DNA from: Spirochaetia bacterium
GTDB lineage: Bacteria > Spirochaetota > Spirochaetia > SZUA-6 > Bin103
Reading direction: 5' to 3'
Assembly (NCBI GenBank): GCA_965198005.1
Contig: CBDAOI010000003.1
Location: forward strand, 736,001-800,000
DNA: 64,000 nt
Of this stretch, positions 53,354-63,266 are shown one piece after another. Under the pieces are notes generated by a model. The model saw only the letters and a list, made by a program, of their open reading frames with translations. It ran no database searches and was not told the DNA's origin. The first letter of the stretch is position 1; each line of letters starts with the position of its first letter. The position numbers and the translations under genes are program-made.

Positions 53354-54585
53354 GACAGGCCTGCGCAGTTCACGGGAATCTTGGCGAGGTCCAACGCACA
53401 CTCCCTCATGCGCTGTTGGTCGGTCGCCAAGTAGACGTCGGTCGACTCTTTGTGGGCGTGTCCAAGCATGGTCGAAATGGTAGTGACCGGGACCCCCTTG
53501 GAGAGCATCCTGGAGGCCGCAGAGTGACGCAGCACATGGAGCCCTTTGCGTTCGCTACCAACCCTTATCCCGGCTTGGAGGAAGGCTCGCCGAAGCACTG
53601 CATAACAGGCCGCATGGCCTGACAGAACGGTGAATGGGGCTAGACAACGAAGGAATACATATGAAGTAGCCGTTGTTGGACGCTCATTGAGCAGGTAAGC
53701 GGAGAGCGCATTGCCAACATCCGCGATCAGCGGGATCTTGAAGGCGATTCCGGTCTTTGACTGGGCGATTGTGATGGTGTCATTGATCCAGTCGATATCT
53801 GTGAGTTTGATCCTCAGGATGTCTACGGAACGCAATCCGGTTCGCAAGGCCAACAGGATGATGGCCTTATCCCGAAGCCGGAGTTGGCCGTTCTGCAGCA
53901 CCTTTTCCAGTGCATCGTTTTCGTGGTCCAAAAGGATCGGTATGATTGGCCTGTTTCTGACACAGCGTGAAGGGACTGCCAATAGCAGCCGTTCTTCGGT
54001 TTCTGCGAATCTGAGAAACGAGCGGATGTTCGAGGCAACGGTACGAATACTGGTGGGCCGGTATGTGGCGAGCAGATGCTGGAAGAAAGCCGGTACCATA
54101 GCGGCGCTGGCGAGCGCCAGCGAAGTGCAGTCGTGGTCCTCCAGGAACAACAGGAATTGGCGGACTGCGCTGGCACATGATTGTATCGTATTCGCGCTTT
54201 TGTTTGTGGCTGCAAGCTCGTCCATGAACCTCTCATGCAGGAGCAGCAATTCTCTCGACTTGGGCATCGGCTGGCAGTCGAATGTGTACGTGGTCCACCT
54301 GATTGCTCCGTTGGCGACGTATTCTTGCAGTATCAACGATGCTCGTCTGAGATGGTTTCGTCTGCCACGTCCGATTGCGCCCGCCTTGTGCTGTTCCTCT
54401 AGGTCATGCAGGAAACTTTGGATCAGACTGTCGCAGAAACGTTCGACGTTGCGCGCGGCTGCGTACTGCTTGAGCCGCCTATATGTTTGTCGATAGTGGT
54501 TGATCGTTATCGGGTCAAGGCCGAACTTTCCGATCTCCTGAAGAACGCTCTCGACAAGATCGTCCAACAATAGGTTGTCGTGCAT
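53350..54585 (-). CDS. Tyrosine recombinase (RitA-like)
   Basis: TGLRSVDI, HVLRHS, LGH...TDVY. Confidence 0.9.
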   Translation of the reverse strand: MHDNLLLDDLVESVLQEIGKFGLDPITINHYRQTYRRLKQYAAARNVERFCDSLIQSFLHDLEEQHKAGAIGRGRRNHLRRASLILQEYVANGAIRWTTYTFDCQPMPKSRELLLLHERFMDELAATNKSANTIQSCASAVRQFLLFLEDHDCTSLALASAAMVPAFFQHLLATYRPTSIRTVASNIRSFLRFAETEERLLLAVPSRCVRNRPIIPILLDHENDALEKVLQNGQLRLRDKAIILLALRTGLRSVDILRIKLTDIDWINDTITIAQSKTGIAFKIPLIADVGNALSAYLLNERPTTATSYVFLRCLAPFTVLSGHAACYAVLRRAFLQAGIRVGSERKGLHVLRHSAASRMLSKGVPVTTISTMLGHAHKESTDVYLATDQQRMRECALDLAKIPVNCAGLS

Positions 54586-54742
54586 TGTGCACCTCCCTGA
54601 TGATGTCCAGATGGATGTCTGGCGCTCTCATCATAGAAGGGGCCTTGCCCATCGGCCAATATTATGCCGAAGTTTGCAACGCTATCTGTTTGTGTGGAAA
54701 CAAGTTACCATCAAACTTCGGCATTTCATTTTTTTCGGGATA

Positions 54743-55438
54743 ATCAAGGAAGAACAAATCAGCCAAGCCGTGCCGTATGACCAGCGCCCAGAGAGCGCGC
54801 AGGAACAGCTCGCTGGACTCCGCGGTGCCCACCAGCACTCCCAGGCCGTAGCGCGTGGCATCGTCAATCAGGAACAAGGCGACCCGGCGCAGACGTGCGG
54901 CGCCGGCGCGGAAATGCTTGCCGTCAGCGAGCACGCACTGCATGCGCTGCGCATAGCGCCAGCGCCGCATGTCCCCCTCACGCTTGTGCGGTCGTTGGCG
55001 CGTCGGCAGCCCCATCCGCCGGCAGGCGCGCCACACGGTGGTGCGATCGATCTTGGCGTCGACCGGGATGATGCCGAGCTCCCGCGCGCGGCGCACCAGT
55101 TCCGGCACCGAGGCGCGCGCATCACGCTGCTTCTCGGTGCGCAGAAAGGTGACCAGTTTGGGACTCAGCGCCAGTGAGGTCGCGATGCGGGTGCGGCTCT
55201 GCGGCGTCAGGGCAGCGAGGCTGCCGGCGGCCCAGGCAGCGCGCCAGCGTTGCAAGCTGCGTACGCTGACCCGCACCGGGCGCCCGTCCAGGTCCACGCG
55301 GTCGGTGCCGGCAACGCGGCGTACGGCGGCGCCTGCGGGCCAGCCGCGCACCACCAGGGCCTCGACCTCGGCGACCACCAGGTAGCGCTGCAGCGCGGTG
55401 GTCGAGACCGGTAGCGGGGGACGATCTGAATCATTCAT
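54743..55438 (-). pseudogene. 5' part of DDE transposase interrupted by RIT
   Basis: HTH region, ADGKH, LIDDATRY, ends LFFLD at the insertion. Confidence 0.82.
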
Positions 55439-56373
55439 GAGCGTACCGTAGCGCCTCCGGGGGCGCCTCGATCAAGCAATTTCGTAGTGGGTGGAGCGCG
55501 CTCCCGAGGGCTCCCGGCACCCCCCTGTTCCCGCGCTGCGGAAGCCTCGGTCGGGGCCACGATCCAGCTCTTGCCGGCCTGCTCCCAGCGCGCCACCAGC
55601 CGCGGGCGCGGCGGCCCCCACAGGTCGCTCACCGCCCCGGCCGCCGCCATGCGGTCCCCCAGCGTGGCGGCGGCCGTGATCGCCCGCAGCACGGCCACGA
55701 TCGCTGCGCCGCGGCTCTGCCAACTGCGCCCCCAGCGCGCGGCGCCGTCCCGCACGGTCATGGTCGCTACGCCCAACCGCGTCGCGATCCGTTCGCGGGC
55801 GCCCTCGTCCAACCCCGGACTCACCCCGGTCAGGCGTCCGGCCACCTCCAGGCGGCGTCCTTGGGTGCGCCGCCGGCGCCGCTCCGGAGAGCGGTGCCAC
55901 CAGTGCACCTCGGCTGGCCAGTGCTCCCCCCGCGCCGCATCCTGCGCCGCCGCAAACAGCGTCGCCTGCCACTGCGGTCGTCTGCCGGCTGCGTCCAACA
56001 GCAGGTCCCCACTTGCGCTACAGGGTGTCGCCGCAACGCGGCCATACGGGTAGTGTCCGGGCGGATACAGGGTGTAGCGCCGGCCTCCATGGACCCGGCA
56101 CCCCACCACCGCTACCGCGTGGCAGGGCCCGCTCTTGCGCTTTCGGTAATGATCGACGAAGATGGCACACGTCTGCTCCCCTGTGGCGTAGACGCACCGC
56201 GACGGCAGCACGGCGCGCAAGGTCCCGTCCTGATCCGCTTGGTAGTTCGTCGTCGCCAACGGGAGCGCGTGTGCCTCGGTTGCACCCTCGGACACTCGCT
56301 GCCTCTCGTGAGCCTTGGCGGGCGGTTGTCTCCCGCCCGCCAAGGCCGCCTGAAAAAGTGAAGCCCGCAGCAT
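55435..56373 (-). CDS. Hypothetical protein upstream of transposase
   Basis: 312-aa ORF whose stop overlaps the transposase start; contains Cys/His-rich region and YTLYPPGHYPYGR; start uncertain. Confidence 0.55.
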   Translation of the reverse strand: MLRASLFQAALAGGRQPPAKAHERQRVSEGATEAHALPLATTNYQADQDGTLRAVLPSRCVYATGEQTCAIFVDHYRKRKSGPCHAVAVVGCRVHGGRRYTLYPPGHYPYGRVAATPCSASGDLLLDAAGRRPQWQATLFAAAQDAARGEHWPAEVHWWHRSPERRRRRTQGRRLEVAGRLTGVSPGLDEGARERIATRLGVATMTVRDGAARWGRSWQSRGAAIVAVLRAITAAATLGDRMAAAGAVSDLWGPPRPRLVARWEQAGKSWIVAPTEASAAREQGGAGSPRERAPPTTKLLDRGAPGGATVRS

Positions 56374-56481
56374 TCACCTGCTGCGGGCTCCTCACTTTAT
56401 ACCCCTATCGCTTCTCCGCCTACGCCATCATCACCGCAACCGGTACCCCCTCACCGCGCCCTTGGGCGCGCAACGAAGAAC

Positions 56482-58169
56482 TCAGGCACGTGCGTACGTC
56501 ATATACCGGGACCTGGGAGGTCTTCGGGTCGTCCCGGCGAGTCGTCGCCGGGACCGCGGAGGGAAGGCGTGAGGCTGGACCAAAGATGAACGACCCGAAG
56601 GAGTCGGACATGGGCATAGTAGCGGCGAAGCCGGCGAACAAGGGAGCGCAAGCGACTGCGGAGACGGTGGAGCGAAGGCCCATGACCAACGGGAATTCGC
56701 AAGGTCAAAGCACGGGCCGGACGCAGAGTCGGGCAACCGTGACACAGGCGGCCGAGCGGATACGGCAATTCGTAAAGAGAGAACCGCAGGAGAAACTCAC
56801 TGCGCTGCTGCACCACGTGACGCCGGAAGCGCTGCGGGTGGCCTATTACGCGCTGAAGCGTGAAGCGGCCCCGGGGGTGGACGGGATGACGTGGCGGGAG
56901 TACGAGACGGGGTTGGAAGTGCGTTTGCACGACCTGCACCGGCGAGTACACACAGGAGCGTACCGAGCGACCCCGGTACGGCGGGTCAACATCGACAAGC
57001 CGGACGGAGGCACACGACCGCTGGGGGTGGCCGCGCTGGAGGACAAGATCGTCCAGAAGGCCGTGGTGGATGTGATCCTGACACCGATCTATGAGGAGGA
57101 ATTTCTCGGGATCAGCTATGGGTTTCGACCGGGGCGAGGGGCACACGATGCGTTGGACGCACTGGCCTACGCCATCGAACGGCGCGAAGTGAACTGGATA
57201 TTGGACGCGGACATTCGCGCCTACTTCGACACGATCTCGCGGGACTGGTTGATCAGATTCCTGGAGCATCGGATTGGAGATCGGCGGGTGCTGCGGCTGA
57301 TAAAGAAGTGGCTGCGCGCTGGGGTACTGGAAGAAGGCCGACAGATCGACGCGGGGCGGGGTACAGCGCAAGGGTCGGTGATTTCACCGATGCTCGCGAA
57401 TATATACTTGCACTACGTGTTGGACCTGTGGGTCACCAAGAAGTGGCGGCCGCAGGAGGCGCGCGGAGACATGATCATAGTGCGCTACGCAGATGACTAT
57501 GTCGCCGGGTTCGAGCATCGTGACGATGCGGAACGCTTCCTGCGGGAACTGAAGGAGCGATTCAGAGGCTTCGAGCTGGAACTGAACGCCGACAAGACCC
57601 GACTCCTCGAGTTTGGACGGTATGCCGAAAGGAACCGCCGAGCACGTGGGGAAGGGCGACCGGAGACGTTCGACTTTCTGGGTTTCACGCATTATTGCAG
57701 GAAGGACAGGAAAGGACGCTTCGGGCTGGGGCGGAAGCCAATTCGGAAGCGGATGAATCGTACGCTGAAGAGGATCAAGATCGAACTCCGCAGACGCATG
57801 CATGATGACGTGATGGAAACCGGGCGCTGGCTGGGACGGGTACTGCGCGGATGGCTCAACTACTACGCGGTATGCGCGGATGGCTCAACTACTACGCGGT
57901 ACCCACCAGCTACCGCTACCTGCACCGATTCGTGTGGCGTCTGCGAGGAATCTGGGTAAAGATTCTACGCCGGAGGTCCCAGAAGGACCGATTCTCCTGG
58001 GCTTGGATGCTGGCGATCAGCATCGAGCTGTGGCCCCAACCCCGAATCGTACACCCATGGCCGGACCGGCGATTTGCCGTCAACCACCGAAGGTAGGAGC
58101 CGGATGGTTTAACGACCACGTCCGGATCTGTGCGGGGGGCGCCGGGTAACCGGCGTTCCTACCGCGAAC
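56482..58169 (+). mobile_element. 5'-truncated group II intron with RT ORF
   Basis: Domain V (GAGCCGGATG...CACGTCCGGATC, 58097-58128) and domain VI ending AC at ~58169; 5' side starts late in domain I. Confidence 0.85.
56739..58096 (+). pseudogene. ltrA: Group II intron reverse transcriptase/maturase, frameshifted by a 29-bp duplication; no endonuclease domain
   Basis: APGVDG, RPLG, SYGFRPGR, QGSVISP, YADD, FDFLGF, GWLNYY; start codon uncertain. Confidence 0.9.
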
Positions 58170-59477
58170 CGCTGCCGCCAGGGGGGTTTAGGAGAGCCAT
58201 CATGCGGCTCCGCACCCGGTGTCACGCCGGAGGCACGGTGACCTCCTCCCGTGGCGCCCTCCCTGCCGCCACGGGTGGCATGTAGCTCCCGGCCCGCGAC
58301 AGGGACGTCGTGGGCTGGGAGCGGTTGTTGCTATTCCGGAGGCGCGCCCGGAACGCGCCCGACCAGGTCGACCAGCGCCGGGCTGGGGATGAGCGTGACT
58401 TGGCCGGTCAGCGCGAAGCGGCGCCTGGCATCATGTTGTTGGCGCATCATCGGGCGCCGCAGACCGAGTCGGCGAACTGCACAAGTAGCCCATCACACGA
58501 CTGACGCGTCGTCCGTTCGTGGCCCCTTCCGACGCGTCCACCGCGCATCCGGAGGGAGCTGCATTCGGAGAGAAGTGGCGGTCGCGGCCGAGCGACGCTA
58601 ACTGAGAACGTCAGTCGGCGTCGTGCTCTGGCGCGACTGCGGAGAGCAGGCCGAGGTTGGTCTGCACTCCTCTCAGAAGGGGCCTTGGGACACAGTTCGC
58701 GTCGCCCACCGGGCCCAACGGATTGCATGGAGGATCTACGAAACACGCAAATGGCCGGTCACGGTGTGACTGACCGGGAGGAACTATCCACTTCGCCCGT
58801 GGGCTCTTCCATGCGCCCACGGCCGAGACCGGCAACCAGCCCGAGACCGGACGTCTCGGGCTGGTTGCCTCTTAGGTCATTTTTCCGGGCGCGCGCCCAG
58901 ATAGCGACGCAGCGGGTCGACCAGCGCCGGGCTCCGGAAACCGCTTCCCGGGACCAGCGCACCCAGGATGGTCTCCTGGAAGTGCACGGCGAAGATGGAT
59001 CGCGCTCAGAGGGCTGCGTATGTCTACATCGCGTGTTTTCAAACCCGCTTTGCGATGGTGATGATCTCGGCGCTCGTGTCGGTCAGAGGATCACCGCTCA
59101 GGGCTGGTGTTGAGCCCGAGATGTGATAGGGGTGGGGAGCACTGCGAGAAACTGCACGCGAAGCGGCGTTCGCCGCTACTCGAATCGCCAATGGGCGGGT
59201 GGTGAGGGGGCCGGGAGCGGGCAATGTGCGGTCCGAGGGCCGTAGAGAGTGCGTCACGGGTTGAAACTGTCGACCCTCTCGTTGTCGGCATCGTGGAGGA
59301 AGGCGGAGTCTCCGCCGTTGTTGCAGACGTTCTGTCGAGTTGGGGAGAGGCTGGCCGGTGGATCGTGAATACCGCCGCTGGCGCTGTAGATGGTGACGGT
59401 GCCAGTCGGAGGAACGACCACTCCTGATGGGATGCTTATGTGTATACTCGATCAGCTCTGTCAGCGGGAGGTCAATC

Positions 59478-60143
59478 GTGAACAAATACCGTTGGGAACA
59501 GATCGGAGCGGCCGGGGGCATTCTCTACATACTCCTCGGGTACGGCTACCTGTTGCTCGTTCAGCTACCAGGTCCGCAGCCTGCCCTCATCGGCGCCTCT
59601 GCAGCGACGATCACGGAGTTTTTCAACACCAGGAATTCTACGCTCTTTCACGTGGGCATCTACTTCTCGGTCCTCTTGATCGTCCCGTTCACCTGGTATC
59701 TGGGCAGCCTTTGGGCGGCACTGCGTCGGGAAGAAGAGGAGCCGCGTTTTCTGTCGACAGTGGTCCTATTGGCCGGACTAACGACCACGATCATATACGC
59801 GGTGCCCCACTTGGCCCTGGCTGAGCTGAGAGTCGATGACGGCCTCGATCCAAATGTTGCCCAGCTGGTTTATGACTTAGCCAATCAGGGGTTGTTTAAT
59901 GTCGCGATCCTGTTCGGCGGCTTCCTGTTGGCCGTTGGAGTAGCCGTCATCCGCACCCGCGCGCTGCCTCTGTGGATCGGCTGGGCAGCGGTGGTGATCG
60001 CAGCCGGGCTCTTTGGGACGAGAGCGGCACCGATGGAATCGCTCGCGATAGTTGTGCCGTCCCTTCTCTACTATATCTGGCTGATCGTTACGAGCGTAAT
60101 GTTGATCCGCCGTGCCGGGAAGGCAGCTCAAGCCGCGCAGTGA
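59478..60143 (+). CDS. Integral membrane protein (DUF4386-like)
   Basis: About six hydrophobic segments, LPLWIGW motif, GGAGG RBS. Confidence 0.65.
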   Translation: MNKYRWEQIGAAGGILYILLGYGYLLLVQLPGPQPALIGASAATITEFFNTRNSTLFHVGIYFSVLLIVPFTWYLGSLWAALRREEEEPRFLSTVVLLAGLTTTIIYAVPHLALAELRVDDGLDPNVAQLVYDLANQGLFNVAILFGGFLLAVGVAVIRTRALPLWIGWAAVVIAAGLFGTRAAPMESLAIVVPSLLYYIWLIVTSVMLIRRAGKAAQAAQ

Positions 60144-60173
60144 TGGGCCTGTACGGCATCACGATACACCACC

Positions 60174-60482
60174 TCATCGACGTGCCCGATGTAATGCCAG
60201 GTCGAATCGGTCTCGGCGACGGAAGTCGAACGCCAGGTAGATGGGATCGGCGCCGATTCTGCTCTGCAGGTAGCTCAACGCCTCCGTCGACAGAGGCTCA
60301 CCTCGGCGGAGCTCGGGCGTGTCGACGCCCAGGAGCCGCACTGTCTCGGTCGTCTCAGGTCCCGGTGGCGGCGAGTCGATGTGGACCACGAAGGTGTCGC
60401 CGTCGATGTGCCGGGTCACGGTCGCCGGTGTCATTCGAGCGATGTCCGCGTCCTGGAAGCGCCGTACTCCGGTAATCGTCAC
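60174..60482 (-). pseudogene. Thermonuclease (SNase-like) fragment
   Basis: VTRHIDGDT, VRLLGVDTPE; truncated and abutting an IS end. Confidence 0.75.
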
Positions 60483-60491
60483 GTCGTAGAC

Positions 60492-62402
60492 TCAGCAATT
60501 CTCGGTGAACAAAAATTGAGAGGGTCGGCGTGGGGGGCAATGGCGGGCGGGACGGCACGTAAGTGGTCGTATAGGTCATGAGTATGTAATAAGTTGCCTA
60601 CCGGCTGGACACTCGATCCCAGGGTTGTCATGCTCTCTCCTATGGCAAGAGGTCGCCACAGAGGTCCATTTTTACTTCGTTTTCGTGCGCTCCTGATCTC
60701 CTTGAACCTGCACGCCGCCAAGGTCGTCGATACCCGCCAAGCCAGCAAGGTCCGGTACTCCCTGCAGGATTGCTACGTGTGTGGTTTCGCCTTGTTTTAC
60801 CTCCAAGACCCTTCCGTGCTGGAGTTCCAACGCCGCTTCCAGGACCAACTCCGCACCAACAACCTCAACTCTACGTTTGGCGTCGCTCAGATCCCTGCCG
60901 ACTCCCAGTTCCGCGATCTGCTCGACAGCCATGACTATGAACCGCTGCTCGACTGCTTCGGCGACTGGATAGGGCGCATGCAGTACACCAAATGGCTGCA
61001 GCACTACCAGTTCCTCGACGGTCGCTATCTCATCACCATGGACGGCTCCCAGTACTTCAGCTCGTACCAGGTGAACTGTGAGTGCTGTCTGACCGCCACC
61101 AACAACGGCACCGTACGCTACCACCACGACATCCTGCAGACCGCCATCGTCCACCCCGACAAGCGGCAGGTGCTGCCGTTGGCTCCCGTGTTCATTCACA
61201 ACGCCGATGACTCTGGCGCCAAGAGCGCCAAACGCCGCAAGCAGGACTGTGAAATAAAAGCCGGCTACCGTGCCGTGCAGCGCATCCGTAACGACCATCC
61301 CCGGCTGGCTGCGGTGATCGTCGCCGATAGTCTGTACTCCAAGCAACCGTTCATCGAACAGGTGCGCGCCGCCCGCTTCTCGTTTCTGCTGGTGGCCAAG
61401 CCGGAGGATCACACCAGCCTGTACCAGGATATCGACGGGCTGCGCCGCGGTCGGCTGCTGGCCACCGCTGCACCATCGACGCGACCGGGGACCGGCATGA
61501 ATACGAGTGGGTTACCGGGGTACCGCTGAACGGCAAGCCCCGCAGTCCCCAGATCAACTTCGTGCACTACCGCATCGTACGTGCCGGCACGCCCACCTAT
61601 CAAAACGCCTGGGTGACCGACTTGGTGCCGACCGCTGGCAGCGTCGCGCGGATCGTGCGTGCGGGACGGGCACGCTGGAAGATCGAGAACGAGGGGTTCA
61701 ATACGCTGAAGCGCTGAAGCGCTGAAGAACCAGGGCTATCACCTGGAGCACAACTTCGGCCATGGTGACAAGTACCTGTCGGAGGCGTTCTTCGTGCCGG
61801 GCCTGCTGGCCTATTTCATGCACCAGATATTCGAGCTGGTGGACGGTCTGTATCAGCAGGTGCGGGCTGGGTTCGGGTCGCGCCGGGAGTTCTGGGGCGC
61901 GATCCGTGCCACGTTTCGGCTATTCCTGTTCCCGTCGTGGGACCAGGTGCTGGTGCGGATGAACTCGCCGCCGCAGCCGCTGTCCGGGTAGCCGCTCCCT
62001 GGGGAACTGAACCTGCTCCCTGAACGATCCCTGACTGGGGCTGCGGCGCAGGTGTGCCGGCGGCGCGCGGGCAACCGGCCCCGAAGGGCCGATCGCCGCA
62101 CCGCGCCAGCCCGCGGCATCGGCCGAGCGGCGGTGGCTGACGGTGGTCAGGTCATCGCACGCGGCTGCATGACGGTGGCTAAATACTTCACCTGCAATCA
62201 GTTACAGAATTTCTGCCGGGTCGGACCGTGCGTGCATTCACTCGGTGGGCCAACAGGTGGGCATGGTCGCGTTTCACACACTCGGAGGGCTTGAGCTTAT
62301 GACAGGGCTTGCGATCTCGCCCTCAAGACTTTTTCTGTAACCTTTCGCCCGCAATGTTGTGTTACTGTTAATGATGTTTTGCCGTTCCCCGAGAATTGCT
62401 GA
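60492..62402 (+). mobile_element. ISNCY-type insertion sequence
   Basis: Terminal inverted repeats TCAGCAATTCTCGGTGAAC (60492-60510) / GTTCCCCGAGAATTGCTGA (62384-62402); no target duplication seen. Confidence 0.8.
60642..61991 (+). pseudogene. DDE transposase with frameshifts (~61465 and 61704-61727)
   Basis: MDGSQYFSS, KQDCE, ADSLY, GRARWKIENEGFNTLK, LEHNFGHG. Confidence 0.85.
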
Positions 62403-62879
62403 AGGCCGGAGTCCGCGCTTGACATGGTCAGGCGAGCCTGTGACGATAGGGAGTTCGGGGATCGAACGGATGCCGATGACGGGCCATGATGACAGCCAGC
62501 GCAGTGGCCGGTTGGCGATGACTTTCGGTGACCTCCGAGTCGTTGACAGGTTTCCGGCCGCGTGCGACGGTTCACCGCTCGGGGTTGGATGGATGAGCAT
62601 GATGCGCCACGACGACAGTCAGCGCAGTGACCGGCTGGCGGTGACGCAGCTGTCGGCGGGTTCACTCACTCACTCACTCACTCACTCGCTCGCTAGTCGC
62701 CCAGCCAACCGCGCGACAGCCGTTCGCTCGGCGCCGGTGCTGAGCGCGGCACCATCGATCGGTGTGGCGCACAGCCGCCACGCGTCCGCGCGTCTAGCGG
62801 CCGACCGGGTCGGCCGCAGCCTCCACCAGTCCACTGAGCGAGCGTTGCCGGCAACCCAGCTTCGAGTATCCAGCTCACC

Positions 62880-63082
62880 TCCCAGCTCCATTCATCATCG
62901 GCGAGCGTGCTTTGGCTTGCCGACGACACGGCCTGCAGCGCCATCCGCACGCACCCCGGTCAACGCTTCACCCTCGCTCTTGCGAGCGGCAGCGCATGAC
63001 TCGGCGCCGCCGCCGTGGGCCGCCAGCCCTTCGACGTATGACTCTTCCATTCACCACACCCTGCCGGTTTTTGCCGGTGCAC
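62880..63082 (-). ncRNA. Second, internally deleted group II intron 5' remnant
   Basis: Similar to 24398-24775 with about 180 bp (including EBS1) deleted; 5' end reads GTGCA. Confidence 0.75.
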
Positions 63083-63168
63083 AGGAGGCCCGAATGATAC
63101 TCAAAGAGCCGTAGGCGCGCGCGGCGTGAGCCGGGGCGAACCCGGGTGAGTCACACGCCGCGCGCTTT
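63083..63168 (+). promoter_or_regulatory. RBS + leader MILKEP* (63094-63114) + hairpin + TTTT
   Basis: Fourth copy of the leader element, His codon replaced by TAG. Confidence 0.6.
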
Positions 63169-63266
63169 TGGTGAACTTGACTCAGACTGGCCGCCTGCGT
63201 TGCGCGTGGCCAGGGAGCGGCAAGTCGCTCCGAAATACTCTCGAGACAACATTCAAGGAGACAAGG

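Larger units (their letters stand above)
51253..54751 (-). mobile_element. RIT (recombinase in trio) element
   Basis: Three overlapping tyrosine recombinases; 88-bp inverted repeats 51271-51358 and 54662-54749 with 2 mismatches; ATCAAGGAA at both junctions. Confidence 0.9.
48655..56480 (-). mobile_element. Transposon-like element (hypothetical + DDE transposase + ExeA-type AAA + AAA helicase-like), carrying a nested RIT element
   Basis: Overlapping gene run; begins TG at 48655; 12-bp inverted core CGTTGCGCGCCC (48660-48671) / GGGCGCGCAACG (56464-56475). Confidence 0.6.

Noticed and set aside
56490-56494. GTGCG as the true 5' end of the RT intron
   Set aside because: Surrounding sequence corresponds to late domain I of the 24.4-24.8 kb remnant, leaving no room for a full domain I
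1-58169. Diversity-generating retroelement acting on SBP genes
   Set aside because: The RT has YADD, a maturase region and adjacent domains V/VI, so it is a group II intron RT; paralog differences I compared are not adenine-restricted and I found no TR/VR pair
58700-59420. Possible coding remnant on the minus strand
   Set aside because: No frame gave a recognisable domain; left unannotated
62663-62690. (CACT)n microsatellite upstream of SBP8
   Set aside because: Short, single occurrence, with no identifiable promoter spacing it could modulate
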